Positions 1 to 8,969 are shown, counted from the stretch's first letter. The stretch is DNA of 64,000 nt from an uncultured Sphaerobacteraceae bacterium (GCA_964461025.1 CAYWSE010000001.1:56414-120413); one strand, 5' to 3'. Translations and numbers: made by a program. The notes: generated from the sequence alone by a model not told the origin.

Positions 1-918
1 CCCATCTGGACCGGCCGTTTCAGTCAATCGGAAAAAGACGAAATCCTGTTCTATTTCCCAGGAGACGACAACTGGTGGCTCGGAGCCTTCGACGGGGCAC
101 AAATGCGTTGGAGCCTTGCAGGCAATACGGCTGGGTTTGGGGACCTGAGCGATGGGAGGCCATTCTGGATCAGTCGGCTCACACAGCAGAACTGTGACGA
201 GATAGTCTTTTACTTTGAGGGGGACGGCAATTGGTGGCTAGGCAAGCATGACGGACAGCGGATCGCCTGGTCGTCTCCGGCGAATACCGGAAGGGCTTGG
301 TCGCGTTGTGTTGTTCAGAGAGGGCAATCAATCGTAGGAATTGTTAAAGGAACCGGTTGTGGCGTATTGGGCGAAGTCGACGACGGAGAAGGAGTGCTCG
401 GCATCGCTCATCACTCCTCCGGCGTTGGCATTGTGGGACGTAACATTCGAGGCGGGAATGCCGGCTTTTTCCAGGGACACGTCACGGTGACTGGCGACTT
501 AATATTGTCCGGAGCGGATGTTGCCGAAGAGTTCGCCGTTAGCTCGGAGGCTGGTGAACTTGAGCCCGGTACTGTGGTCGTGCTCGACGAGCAGGGAAGA
601 GTCTGCAAAACATCAAGAACTTACGATAGCAGAGTCATCGGAATCGTATCGGGCGCGTGCGACCGAAAACCCGCTTTGGTGCTCGATCGGCAGGATGGAA
701 ACCGCCTGCCCCTCGCCGTTACGGGAAAATCATGGTGCTTCGCCGATGCGACACTTGAACCCATTCGAGTCGGAGATCTGCTGACCACGTCAAGTTTTGC
801 GGGTTACTCCATGCGGGCGAGCGATCCCATATCTTCGTTCGGCGCTGTGATTGGCAAAGCTCTCACTCCCTTACCAAGTGGTATAGGCAAGGTACTTGTC
901 CTCGTGGGATTGTGTTAG
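1..918 (+). CDS. hypothetical repeat protein, 5'-truncated by the window edge (FG-GAP-like repeats plus Gly-rich beta-helix-like C-terminal half)
   Basis: Frame 1 is open from nt 1 into ORF 103..918. It has two ~47-aa repeats with motif (D/E)EI(L/V)FYFxGDxNWWLG. These are followed by Gly-rich repeats (GVLGEVDDGEGVLGIAHHSSGVGIVGRN) and a tail GDLLTTSSFAGYSMRA...IGKAL like tail-fibre-type hypothetical proteins. No family could be named by eye. Confidence 0.55.
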   Translation, partial: PIWTGRFSQSEKDEILFYFPGDDNWWLGAFDGAQMRWSLAGNTAGFGDLSDGRPFWISRLTQQNCDEIVFYFEGDGNWWLGKHDGQRIAWSSPANTGRAWSRCVVQRGQSIVGIVKGTGCGVLGEVDDGEGVLGIAHHSSGVGIVGRNIRGGNAGFFQGHVTVTGDLILSGADVAEEFAVSSEAGELEPGTVVVLDEQGRVCKTSRTYDSRVIGIVSGACDRKPALVLDRQDGNRLPLAVTGKSWCFADATLEPIRVGDLLTTSSFAGYSMRASDPISSFGAVIGKALTPLPSGIGKVLVLVGLC

Positions 919-922
919 GTGT

Positions 923-2266
923 ATGTCAACAGTTTCTGTTCGTGAAGAACTCGGCGCAGGAGCCAGTCTGGAGGACATGCGCAAACTCCTCGGCCTCCAC
1001 AGACCACTAAATGTCCGCAATCTCATCAGCGCATACAACGAACCGATTATCTTGGAGGAGCCGCTTGTTACGGCCGCGGCGCTCGGCGGTCACCAGAAGA
1101 TCGTGCTCTTCAAAGACGGCCGATGGGAATGGACTGGCCATTTCAATGCCACAGGATTTCCATCATTCGAGGTTTCTCTCACAACTCAAATAGTGGCTGA
1201 GGGGGGCGCTGTATTCGTCCTCTCTGAACGTGGTTCAGTGCACGGGACTGTCGAATCTGGCTCACGCAGGCACATATGGAGTCAGAGAGGGCATGCGCCC
1301 ATTCAAATCAGACTGTGGCGCAATCTGAGGAGAGCGACGCTTTACCACGATCTGCAATATGACGCGGATTTCTTCGGAACTGTTGGAGACGTGATCTCCT
1401 TCATCGCCAAAGGCGTCGCCGCTGGTTCGCTCGGAGGGAGCACCGGACTTTGGATAGCATTGTCAACGGAAATAGTCGACGCATTGGACTGGGAGTCGAT
1501 CTCCCTTCCAAGTCTTGCTGGTCTGGTCGTTGCCGGGGGAACCATGCTAGTCATGGGACCATACGGTGGAGTTCCAGCAATCGTCGCTGGTCTGGCAGCG
1601 GGCGTCGCCATACAGGATGCACTCGAAACGCGAGAGTTTCGAGACGATGAATACGAATACTTTGATCGCATCTTTGGTGGAAAGCTGCCTGATAAGAGCC
1701 GAATCATCCTGACCAATCTGCTCGGCCTGGGGGGGCGCGCTTTCGTCTGGCCCGGACCTGGCAATGCCATCTACGTCAATGTTGGAGAGGGAGCGCGAGA
1801 TCCAGTTCACTATGAGGGAATTGGGGGAAAGGCAGTGACTCGGGTTATTAACGGCCGAACTGTTCCTTTGAACTCTCCCGGCCAATTGCTTGTCCACGAA
1901 CTGACTCACGCTTGGCAGATAGAGCACAGCGACATTATTCCAATTTGGATGTGCGAAGGACTGTATGAACAACTCGGCACTATCGGAGGCAGCATGAAAG
2001 CATACCACTATGACGATAATACAGATAAGGCGTGGTCCGAATTCAATCTGGAGCAGCAAGCATCCATCGTTGAAGATTGGTATGCAGGGAACCTGTTGCC
2101 TAACTCCATTGTGATTGATGACAGAGGAAATACTCTATCGAAGCAAGGCAAATATCTCGCTCAATCGGAACGAAGTGTTGGGGATCTATGTCTCGAAGCG
2201 CACGTTAACTGTGCAAACCCATTTTATCGATACATCCGTGACAACATCCGAGCAGGCGTCGCATAG
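923..2266 (+). CDS. putative HExxH zinc metallopeptidase-like protein with hydrophobic central segment
   Basis: ORF 896..2266. ATG 923 is chosen because it lies just past the upstream stop (916-918). Motif LLVHELTHAWQIEH is an HExxH signature in a DUF4157-like context. A Gly/Ala-rich hydrophobic stretch is present (SLAGLVVAGGTMLVMGPYGGVPAIVAGLAAGVAI). GC is lower than the window bulk. Confidence 0.55.
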   Translation: MSTVSVREELGAGASLEDMRKLLGLHRPLNVRNLISAYNEPIILEEPLVTAAALGGHQKIVLFKDGRWEWTGHFNATGFPSFEVSLTTQIVAEGGAVFVLSERGSVHGTVESGSRRHIWSQRGHAPIQIRLWRNLRRATLYHDLQYDADFFGTVGDVISFIAKGVAAGSLGGSTGLWIALSTEIVDALDWESISLPSLAGLVVAGGTMLVMGPYGGVPAIVAGLAAGVAIQDALETREFRDDEYEYFDRIFGGKLPDKSRIILTNLLGLGGRAFVWPGPGNAIYVNVGEGARDPVHYEGIGGKAVTRVINGRTVPLNSPGQLLVHELTHAWQIEHSDIIPIWMCEGLYEQLGTIGGSMKAYHYDDNTDKAWSEFNLEQQASIVEDWYAGNLLPNSIVIDDRGNTLSKQGKYLAQSERSVGDLCLEAHVNCANPFYRYIRDNIRAGVA

Positions 2267-2382
2267 CCATCTATCGCGCCGTCAACATGTTCGTCTCCCA
2301 TCATGGGTGCCAACGGGTGTACAGGCATCTAGGTCGCCGGCCGTATTTAGTAGACACTGTTCGACGAGAATGGAAATGATCC

Positions 2383-2667
2383 ATGTCTCGTTCGACCTGC
2401 GATCGGTCGGCCGAGACCGCAGTCGACAGCGACGATCGGGTATATGTATCTAACGTAGTAAACAACCGCATCGTCGTCTTCGATGCCAGCGGGAACTTCC
2501 TGACCACGTTCGGTTCCTTTGGCGCCGTCCCGGGCCAGAGCATCGGGTTTGATGAACTGGCCTGGGACAGTGACGGCAACCTTTACGTCGCGGACTACGG
2601 CAACCAGCGCATCCAGAAGTTCGCCATCTCGCTCCCACCGCTGCCGGAGGCAACTCCCATTGCCTGA
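2383..2667 (+). pseudogene. NHL-repeat gene remnant (two blades only)
   Basis: Two NHL-type repeats are present (RVYVSNVVNNRIVVFD, NLYVADYGNQRIQKF). The ORF opens directly after an in-frame TGA (2377-2379). It has no N-terminal domain or signal, and a REP cluster lies immediately downstream. Confidence 0.45.
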
Positions 2668-2705
2668 AATCCCTCACCCTGCCCTCTCCCCACGGGGCCT
2701 TCTCC

Positions 2706-2832
2706 GTAGCCATCGACCTCAATGTCGATGGCTACCCCGCTTCTCGATCCATTCATCGATTCTTGCACATCACTGTGCGCATCGACCTCCGCTCCATCGC
2801 CGTACGCATCGACCTCCGTGTCGATGCCCTAC
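2706..2832. repeat. REP-like hairpin cluster, family B (GTAGCCATCGAC-N6-GTCGATGGCTAC and GTACGCATCGACCTCCGTGTCGATGCCCTAC)
   Basis: Perfect 12-bp-stem hairpin at 2706-2735. A half-site lies at 2776-2793. A full hairpin lies at 2802-2832. The same units recur at 24205-25051. Confidence 0.85.
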
Positions 2833-2866
2833 CTCACCACTGCTTCTTCCCTGCTATCCTCCACCC

Positions 2867-3739
2867 ATGACCTCACCTCGCCTCACCATCATCGCCCCGG
2901 CCGCCGCTCATCCCGCCACCGGACTCAACGCCGCAGCGGACGCCTTCCAATCCGCCGGATTGACCGACCAGCTCGCGAACCTCGGCATCACCGTCGCCAG
3001 CACCGATCGCCCCGCCGGAACCACTCTTCCCGACCCCATTGCCGCGCTCGCAGCATCCAACGCGGCCATCGCCTCCAGCGTCGCCGCTGCTGGCAACGCA
3101 AATACGCTCCCTGTGCTCACCGGCGGCACCTGCGGTTACCTTCCAGGTATGGTCGCAGGTCTCCAGCAAACCCTCGGCCCCGGCACGACACTCGGACTCC
3201 TTTGGCTCGATGCTCATGGCGATTTCAACACGCCACGCACTACACCCTCCGGCATGCTCGGCGGTATGCCGGTTGCCGTTGTCGCCGGTCTCTGTCACGC
3301 CGAATGGCGCGAAGGCGCCGGTATGACCGCGCCCATCCCCACCAACCGGATCATGATGGTCGATGTCCGCAATCTCGACCCCGAAGAAGAGCAGCTCATC
3401 CGCGCCACTGACGTCCAGATCGTCCGCTTGCATGAATCAGACGCCCACGAGCGCATCGCCGCATTCGCCGAATCGGTCGACGCGCTCTATATCCATATCG
3501 ACGCCGACATTCTCGACGCCTCGCTCCAGCCCAATCACCCCACGGTCGAATCCGACGGACTCGATGTCGCCGAAACCCTCTCGATCGTCGAAACGGCCTG
3601 CCGTCACGGCAAGCTCGTCGCCTTCGCCGTCGTCTCGGTCAACCCCGAAGGTCCCGGCGGATCGAACTCCCTGCAAAGCGGACTCGCGCTCCTCACCGGC
3701 GGTCTCCAAATCTGGGCATCCCAAAACTTCACCGTATAA
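2867..3739 (+). CDS. arginase/agmatinase/formiminoglutamase-family ureohydrolase
   Basis: Start is ATG 2867 (MTSPRLTII). The longer 2519 ORF prefix is merely translated REP DNA. Metal-site motifs are LWLDAHGDFNTP, MMVDVRNLDPEE, YIHIDADILD and AVVSVNPE. Confidence 0.85.
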   Translation: MTSPRLTIIAPAAAHPATGLNAAADAFQSAGLTDQLANLGITVASTDRPAGTTLPDPIAALAASNAAIASSVAAAGNANTLPVLTGGTCGYLPGMVAGLQQTLGPGTTLGLLWLDAHGDFNTPRTTPSGMLGGMPVAVVAGLCHAEWREGAGMTAPIPTNRIMMVDVRNLDPEEEQLIRATDVQIVRLHESDAHERIAAFAESVDALYIHIDADILDASLQPNHPTVESDGLDVAETLSIVETACRHGKLVAFAVVSVNPEGPGGSNSLQSGLALLTGGLQIWASQNFTV

Positions 3740-3780
3740 TCCCGTTCCAGTCCTCACGCCCGATCATCCGGATCCAACCT

Positions 3781-3818
3781 CCGGACCCCGGACTGCGGAC
3801 CTCGGACTACGGACTACG
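3781..3818. repeat. degenerate heptanucleotide tandem array (NCGGACY x5; reverse orientation of the CGTAGTC family)
   Basis: The units read ccggacc ccggact gcggacc tcggact acggact acg in exact 7-nt register. Confidence 0.8.
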
Positions 3819-3832
3819 TAAAGGACACCTCG

Positions 3833-4273
3833 TTGGCCGACGATCTCGACAAGCTCTACGACTACATCGTGCGCCAGTACGTCATGAAGGACGAACTGAT
3901 CGACGTGGACCTGTCCGCCTCCGCCACCGAAGAAGGCGACGCCATCGAAAGCGAAAAGCACCAGATCGTCGTTCGCGAAACCGATCACGCCCGCCAGATG
4001 CGCGAATCATTCCGGGCTGGACTCTCCACCGCCTGGCATCTCGAACAGAATGGTTCACAAGAGCTCCGCCTCAGCGATCAGGACCCGGTCGAGAACTCCA
4101 TCGCCGATGCGCTGATCCGCTATCTCGTCAGTTTCGGTCTCGCCGGCTCCCGCACAGAAAAAGTCAGTGACGCGGCCTATACCTACTATATTTCCGTATC
4201 GTGGGACCGGTTGCAGGACATCAGCCGCAAGATTGGCGTCGATCTGCCTCAAACACTCGCCCGGGTCGCCTGA
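3833..4273 (+). CDS. hypothetical protein
   Basis: 146-aa ORF with a TTG start preceded by aaagga. Third-position GC bias matches neighbouring genes. No recognisable motif. Confidence 0.5.
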   Translation: MADDLDKLYDYIVRQYVMKDELIDVDLSASATEEGDAIESEKHQIVVRETDHARQMRESFRAGLSTAWHLEQNGSQELRLSDQDPVENSIADALIRYLVSFGLAGSRTEKVSDAAYTYYISVSWDRLQDISRKIGVDLPQTLARVA

Positions 4274-4296
4274 TCGACGATCGAAGAAAGCCAAAC

Positions 4297-5094
4297 GTGC
4301 CGCGCAAACGTCAATCCGCGCCATCGTCGAAACGCACTGCCACGCCGGCGCAATCGAACCCGGAGCGTCTTCTCGCCGCCCTGCAGATCGAAGGGCGCAA
4401 CATCGAGCTCTATCGCACCGCGCTGACTCATCGCTCCGCCGCCGGCATTGCCTTCACCGGCGACTATCCCTCCAATGAACCAAACGAGCGTCTCGAGTTT
4501 CTCGGCGATGCCCTGATCGGCGCCTATTCCGCTGACGAGCTCTATCGCCGCTTTCCGGACGAACCCGAAGGCATCCTCACCCGGCGGCGCACCGCCATCG
4601 TCCGCACCGAGCAGCTCGCCGCCTGGGCCCAGGAAATCGATCTCGATGACTACATGTATCTCGCTCCGGGCGAGCGTGCTTCCGTCAGTGGCCGCGACCG
4701 CATCCTCGCCGGCGCTTACGAAGCGTTAATCGGTGCGATCTACCTCGACCGAGGATCCCGCATCGCCAGAGCATTTTTCACCCATCAGCTTCGTCGCGAT
4801 CTCGATACGGTTCTCGCGGGGGTGGAAACATCCAACCCTAAGGGCCGCCTCCAGGAGATCACCCAGAATCTCTTCCGCCGCGCTCCCGCCTATCGCACCA
4901 TCGACGCACAAGGCCCCGCACACGCCCGAAATTTCACCGTGGAAGTCCGCTTCGACGGCGGAGTCCTCGCAACCGGCGAAGGCTCCAGCAAACGATCGGC
5001 GGAAGAAGCTGCCGCCACCGCCGCCCTCACCCTCATCGACGACCAGGGCGTCGGTGTTCTATCCCCCCGCTCCCTTCCCCGCACGCTCGATTAA
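4297..5094 (+). CDS. rnc: ribonuclease III
   Basis: RNase III signature ERLEFLGDALIG and EALIGAIYLD. C-terminal dsRBD (NPKGRLQEITQ...GEGSSKRSAEEAAA). GTG 4297 is chosen as the first in-frame start after the upstream stop. Confidence 0.9.
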   Translation: MPRKRQSAPSSKRTATPAQSNPERLLAALQIEGRNIELYRTALTHRSAAGIAFTGDYPSNEPNERLEFLGDALIGAYSADELYRRFPDEPEGILTRRRTAIVRTEQLAAWAQEIDLDDYMYLAPGERASVSGRDRILAGAYEALIGAIYLDRGSRIARAFFTHQLRRDLDTVLAGVETSNPKGRLQEITQNLFRRAPAYRTIDAQGPAHARNFTVEVRFDGGVLATGEGSSKRSAEEAAATAALTLIDDQGVGVLSPRSLPRTLD

Positions 5095-5166
5095 GAGCAA
5101 CCCGCGAACGCGTCTGCCAGCACCGAAGTCCCTCTTATCCAACGCCAAAACCATCACGAAACCGAT

Positions 5167-5196
5167 GCGTAGCCTCGCCATTTATGGCGCTTTGGC
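5167..5196. repeat. REP-like hairpin, family A variant (GTAGCCTCGCCATTTATGGCG)
   Basis: It shares the GTAGC-head and the CGCCATTTATGGCG palindrome with the copies at 16469 and 55541. Confidence 0.6.
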
Positions 5197-5379
5197 GGTC
5201 ACGTCTGCGCTGCATCTCCACTCGTTCTCGCTTTCTCCCGCGTCAACGGTCACTAAGCCCGTGATTTTCAATCGCGGGCGGATCAATTGGGCAACAGCGG
5301 CCAGCGCCAGCCCGCCGAACATGGCAGAATATGAACCCCGGCGCCGCGCCGGATTGACCAGATCAGGAGGTATGGGGAA

Positions 5380-6435
5380 GTGGCCAGACTGTTCGACCAG
5401 CTGACCATCTTCGGTGGCAATTCCAATCCTGGTCTGACCGCCGAGATTTGCGACTATCTCGGCCTCCCACAGGGCCGCGCCGAGGTCTTCAAATTCAGCA
5501 ACGACAACACCTTCGTCCGCATCGGCGAAAGCGTTCGCGATCACGACGTCTTCGTCGTCCAGTCCTTCGCTAATCCCATCAACGACTCGATCATGGAACT
5601 CCTCATCATGATCGACACCCTCAAACGAGCCTCGGCCGGCCGCATCACCGCCGTCATTCCCTATTTCGGCTACGGACGCACCGATAAGAAGGACCAGCCC
5701 CGCGTTCCGATCACCGCCCGCCTCGTCGCCAAGCTGATCGGCACATCGGGCGCCGACCGCGTCCTTTCGATCGACCTTCACGCCGGGCAGATTCAGGGCT
5801 TTTTCGACATTCCGGTCGATGAAATGACTGCCATGCCCCTCCTCTGCCGCTATTTCCAGCAACTTCGCCTCGAGCGCCCGGTGGTCGTTTCGCCCGATCT
5901 CGGCAACACCAAACGCGCCCGAAACTTCGCTGAGTTTCTCGATGCCCCCCTCGCCATCATCGAAAAACGCCGTGTCGGAAACGCCGATCGTTCCGAAATT
6001 CTCAACCTGATCGGCTCCGTCGAAGACGCGCAGGTCGTGATCATCGACGACGAAATCGACACGGCTGGATCGATCGCCCAGGCGGCGCAGGTCTGCTTCG
6101 AACAAGGCGCCGCCGAGGTCTACGCTGGTTGCACGCACGCCGTTTTCTCTGGTCCGGCCCTCGAACGCCTCGAAACCAGCCGCATTCGCGAGGTCGTCAT
6201 TTCCAACACCATCGCCCATCCACCGACTCGCCGGCTGGACAAGGTCACTGAACTTTCCGTCGCCCCCCTTCTCGCCGAAACGATCGAACGCATCCATGCC
6301 GGCGCCAGTGTCTCGGCCGCATTTCGCTCGCCCGACGCCCTACCCGACAGTTTTCAGTCCCGCTTGCCTCTCTTCTCTCGCCTCAATGGCTTCGAGAGCC
6401 CGGTCCGCGAGCCAGTCGAGCACACCGGGACCTGA
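5380..6435 (+). CDS. prs: ribose-phosphate pyrophosphokinase
   Basis: LTIFGGNSNPGLTAEI...FSNDNTFVRIGESVRDHDVFVVQS, DLHAGQIQGFF and IIDDEIDTAGS. GTG start with AGGAGG 9 nt upstream. It has a ~30-aa C-terminal extension relative to typical Prs. Confidence 0.9.
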   Translation: MARLFDQLTIFGGNSNPGLTAEICDYLGLPQGRAEVFKFSNDNTFVRIGESVRDHDVFVVQSFANPINDSIMELLIMIDTLKRASAGRITAVIPYFGYGRTDKKDQPRVPITARLVAKLIGTSGADRVLSIDLHAGQIQGFFDIPVDEMTAMPLLCRYFQQLRLERPVVVSPDLGNTKRARNFAEFLDAPLAIIEKRRVGNADRSEILNLIGSVEDAQVVIIDDEIDTAGSIAQAAQVCFEQGAAEVYAGCTHAVFSGPALERLETSRIREVVISNTIAHPPTRRLDKVTELSVAPLLAETIERIHAGASVSAAFRSPDALPDSFQSRLPLFSRLNGFESPVREPVEHTGT

Positions 6436-6468
6436 ATTCCTTCCATGTTCGAAACAAGGAGTGATCAC

Positions 6469-7659
6469 ATGCGCCTCACACGACGCCGGCTGATGCATGC
6501 TTCCGGAACGGCCCTCGCGCTCGGCGGCGCTACCTGTTTCGCCATTCCGAATGTGCGTGCCCAGACACCTGAAGCGCAACCTACATCGGCGAACGACGCT
6601 CTTCTCGACATCGCGAAGGCGATTCCTCTCTCCAGCATCTCCACCAATGCCGAAGAGGGGAGGGAGCTTCTTACCTTTGCCGATTTCGCCTGGCGACTGG
6701 AAAGCGTCGGCGCCGATCTCACTTCGCTCTCGGACGATGCCGCAGTCGACATCTGGGTCGACGCCACGCTCCCCCTTCCACCCGGCGACCTCCTCATGGC
6801 ATCGTTCCGAACCGACGATGCGCTCGGACTGTTTGGTTGGCAGACTCTCGACATCGAACGGTGCGGGAGCGTTATGTCGAGTTCGAACACATTGACAGTC
6901 TTGCAAGGTCGCTTCCAGCCAGACACCCTCGACGCCGCATGGCGGGCGCAAGGCTACGAAATGCTCGATATCAATGGCGTGCCGGTCGCATCCCTGTCCG
7001 CCGAAGCGGAAGTCGATCTCGCCTCGGAAATCGGCTTGCTTGCCCTGAGCAAAGCCAACAACGTCGCGCTGATCGACGACACGCTCCTCATCTACGCATC
7101 GACCCTCGCCGGTCTCTCCGCGATGATCGATGCCTACAACGGCGCCACCGAGTCACTCGGCGCCTATCCGCTCTTGCAGACAACGCTCGGCTCACTGCCC
7201 GATCGGCTCTCCGGCGCAATCGTCTTGCCGCCTGGCGCATTTGTCGCCGCCAATCTTCCCTTTGAAATGGGAGAAAACTCGGTCGAAATCACCGAGCCGC
7301 CCGAACCAGGCCCAATTCCACTTCTTGGTGTGGTTGGCTTCGTATCCGGCGACTCTATCCCGGCCACCGACCTGACATCCACAAGCGACGAACCTGTCCC
7401 ATCTGGCGCGCTCGCCGTCTCCTCCCGTCATTTCCTCACCGCCGCAGAAGCCGAGCTCGCCGCCCGTCGCTCCCTCCTGACCCTCGAAACGCAGCACTCC
7501 AGTCTCTCCCAACAGCCATTCACCGAAATCTTCGCCGGTTGGCACATCGACATCGATCGCGCGGAAGACAATGTCGTCACCCAAATCGAGCTCTACGCGA
7601 ACGAGGGCATCTGGGCGCAGATGATCTATGCTCGCGATGCGCTCTTCCTCTATGGATAG
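6469..7659 (+). CDS. secreted hypothetical protein (Tat signal)
   Basis: MRLTRRRLMHASGTALALGGATCFAIPNVRAQ carries a twin-arginine motif, an h-region and an AxA-like cleavage site. Confidence 0.6.
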   Translation: MRLTRRRLMHASGTALALGGATCFAIPNVRAQTPEAQPTSANDALLDIAKAIPLSSISTNAEEGRELLTFADFAWRLESVGADLTSLSDDAAVDIWVDATLPLPPGDLLMASFRTDDALGLFGWQTLDIERCGSVMSSSNTLTVLQGRFQPDTLDAAWRAQGYEMLDINGVPVASLSAEAEVDLASEIGLLALSKANNVALIDDTLLIYASTLAGLSAMIDAYNGATESLGAYPLLQTTLGSLPDRLSGAIVLPPGAFVAANLPFEMGENSVEITEPPEPGPIPLLGVVGFVSGDSIPATDLTSTSDEPVPSGALAVSSRHFLTAAEAELAARRSLLTLETQHSSLSQQPFTEIFAGWHIDIDRAEDNVVTQIELYANEGIWAQMIYARDALFLYG

Positions 7660-7755
7660 ACCAATACCCCCGGTTTGACGCTAAGGGCCGCATACCGTAC
7701 GGTTGCCCCGCCATCTCGGCAAACGCGAACGAATCTGACAAGGGACTGAATCGAC

Positions 7756-8346
7756 ATGGTGCTCTCGGACGGCGACATCATTGCGGCGCTGGAAAGCGGG
7801 CGTATTCGCATCGATCCAGCCCCCGATCTCGCCGTTCAGCTCGGCTCGGTTTCGGTCGACTTTCGTCTCGGCACCACCTTCATGGTCTTCGAACACAGCA
7901 GGTACAGCTACATCGATCCCCGTCATCCACAATCGATCGGCGACGCCATGCGGACGATCGAAGTCGCTGAAGACGAACCCTTCATTATGCAACCTGGCGA
8001 CTTCGCCCTCGCCTCGACCATCGAGACGCTGGAACTCCCGGACGATCTCCTCGGTCGCCTTGAGGGTCGCTCCTCGATCGCCCGTCTTGGCATCACCGTG
8101 CATTCGACTGCCGCGGTTTTCGAGCCCGGCTGGATCGGCACCGCAACCATGGAGCTCAGCAATCTCGGCCGAATGGCCGTGGCGCTCTATCCCGGCATGC
8201 GCATTTGCGCGTTTTCCTTCGAAACCGTCAGTTCGCCGGTGCTCACTCCCTACAGAAAAAAGGTCAACAACAAATACGCCGGTCAGCTGACCCCACGTGC
8301 AAGCCTCCTGTCCGAAGAAAACCGGCTCGCCGGCAAGAACGTATGA
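7756..8346 (+). CDS. dcd: dCTP deaminase
   Basis: MVLSDGDIIAALESGRIRIDP, GRLEGRSSIARLGITVH and FEPGWIGTATMELSN. Confidence 0.9.
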   Translation: MVLSDGDIIAALESGRIRIDPAPDLAVQLGSVSVDFRLGTTFMVFEHSRYSYIDPRHPQSIGDAMRTIEVAEDEPFIMQPGDFALASTIETLELPDDLLGRLEGRSSIARLGITVHSTAAVFEPGWIGTATMELSNLGRMAVALYPGMRICAFSFETVSSPVLTPYRKKVNNKYAGQLTPRASLLSEENRLAGKNV

Positions 8347-8349
8347 GAG

Positions 8350-8365
8350 TGTTTCACGTGAAACA
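8350..8365. promoter_or_regulatory. perfect 16-bp palindrome TGTTTCACGTGAAACA (candidate protein-binding site)
   Basis: It is exactly self-complementary and lies 4 nt after the dcd stop. A near-identical copy lies at 8928-8943. Confidence 0.4.
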
Positions 8366-8476
8366 TGGCGATCGAGTCCGTGATTGGACAGTAGGAATCA
8401 CGAGCCGCATAATCGGCGATAGCAAACCGGACCGAATGCACTCCGGACAACACAACCCGGGAAGGTATGGAAAAAC

Positions 8477-8863
8477 GTGCCAGTCGAGACTCTGACCACT
8501 GTTCGCGACCGTATGCTCCCCATGATGGAGCTCACCGCCCGGGAATACGCCCACCGAATGCCGGCGGGTTATCCGAAACTGATCGACGAGCCAAACCGCG
8601 GTACCTTCGGCCTCCTCCTCGATCCAAGTCACGCCCTCCACATCGTCTCCGACGGTACAAATCTCTATGCCGAGATGACAGCCCGCTCATCCCGCACCGA
8701 CGCCCGAGCGAGCGCCGGTCGCGAAAAGTACTCCGGCATGCCATTCAACGACCGTCGCCTGATCTCCGAGGATGTTTCCGATCAGGAGTTGCGCAATCTC
8801 CTCGGTGAGTTGGTTTCCCGATACAACATGCTTCCGCGCATCATCCACATCACCGACACCTGA
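8477..8863 (+). CDS. hypothetical protein
   Basis: 128-aa ORF with coding-like GC3, followed by a strong terminator. No recognisable motif. Confidence 0.55.
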   Translation: MPVETLTTVRDRMLPMMELTAREYAHRMPAGYPKLIDEPNRGTFGLLLDPSHALHIVSDGTNLYAEMTARSSRTDARASAGREKYSGMPFNDRRLISEDVSDQELRNLLGELVSRYNMLPRIIHITDT

Positions 8864-8886
8864 GTTCTGCGACCCTCAATAGGACG

Positions 8887-8924
8887 GAAAAAGAGGAGTT
8901 CCGAATCGGAACTCCTCTTTTCTT
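8887..8924. terminator. bidirectional rho-independent terminator
   Basis: 11-bp stem GAGGAGTTCCG-AAT-CGGAACTCCTC. It is flanked by an A-run upstream and TTTTCTT downstream. It sits between convergent genes 8477..8863(+) and ndk(-). Confidence 0.75.
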
Positions 8925-8927
8925 GCA

Positions 8928-8943
8928 TGTTTCACGTGAAACG
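8928..8943. promoter_or_regulatory. second copy of the TGTTTCACGTGAAAC palindrome (15/16 match)
   Basis: The 14-bp core GTTTCACGTGAAAC is perfect at 8929-8942. Confidence 0.4.
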
Positions 8944-8969
8944 CGCAGCCAGCGCGCCTGGAGCGGGGA

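Noticed and set aside
1-918. A prophage or phage-tail region, suggested by the tail-fibre-like C-terminal half of ORF1.
   Set aside because: The window contains no other phage genes (capsid, portal, terminase, integrase, baseplate). Only the compositional difference and the two-gene cassette are reported.
2519-2866. The 116-codon N-terminal extension of the arginase-family ORF, which starts at 2519 in the ORF track.
   Set aside because: The extension translates the REP hairpin cluster and the tail of the NHL remnant (RTHRPPCRCPT-type peptides). The same peptide recurs wherever family B REPs occur. The conserved protein starts at ATG 2867.
5182-6297. Long antisense ORFs opposite well-supported genes. 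Examples: 5182..6297(-) versus prs; 14523..15539(-) versus nrdA; 16531..17667(-) versus nrdB; 20660..21394(+) versus TerC; 22665..24206(+) versus Trx-NHL; 31916..33229(+); 35433..36668(+); 45640..46632(-); 57210..58403(-).
   Set aside because: Their translations are low-complexity and rich in Arg, Pro, Gly and Ala, with no motifs. Each lies fully inside a gene with clear family signatures on the other strand. These are the typical shadow ORFs of high-GC DNA.
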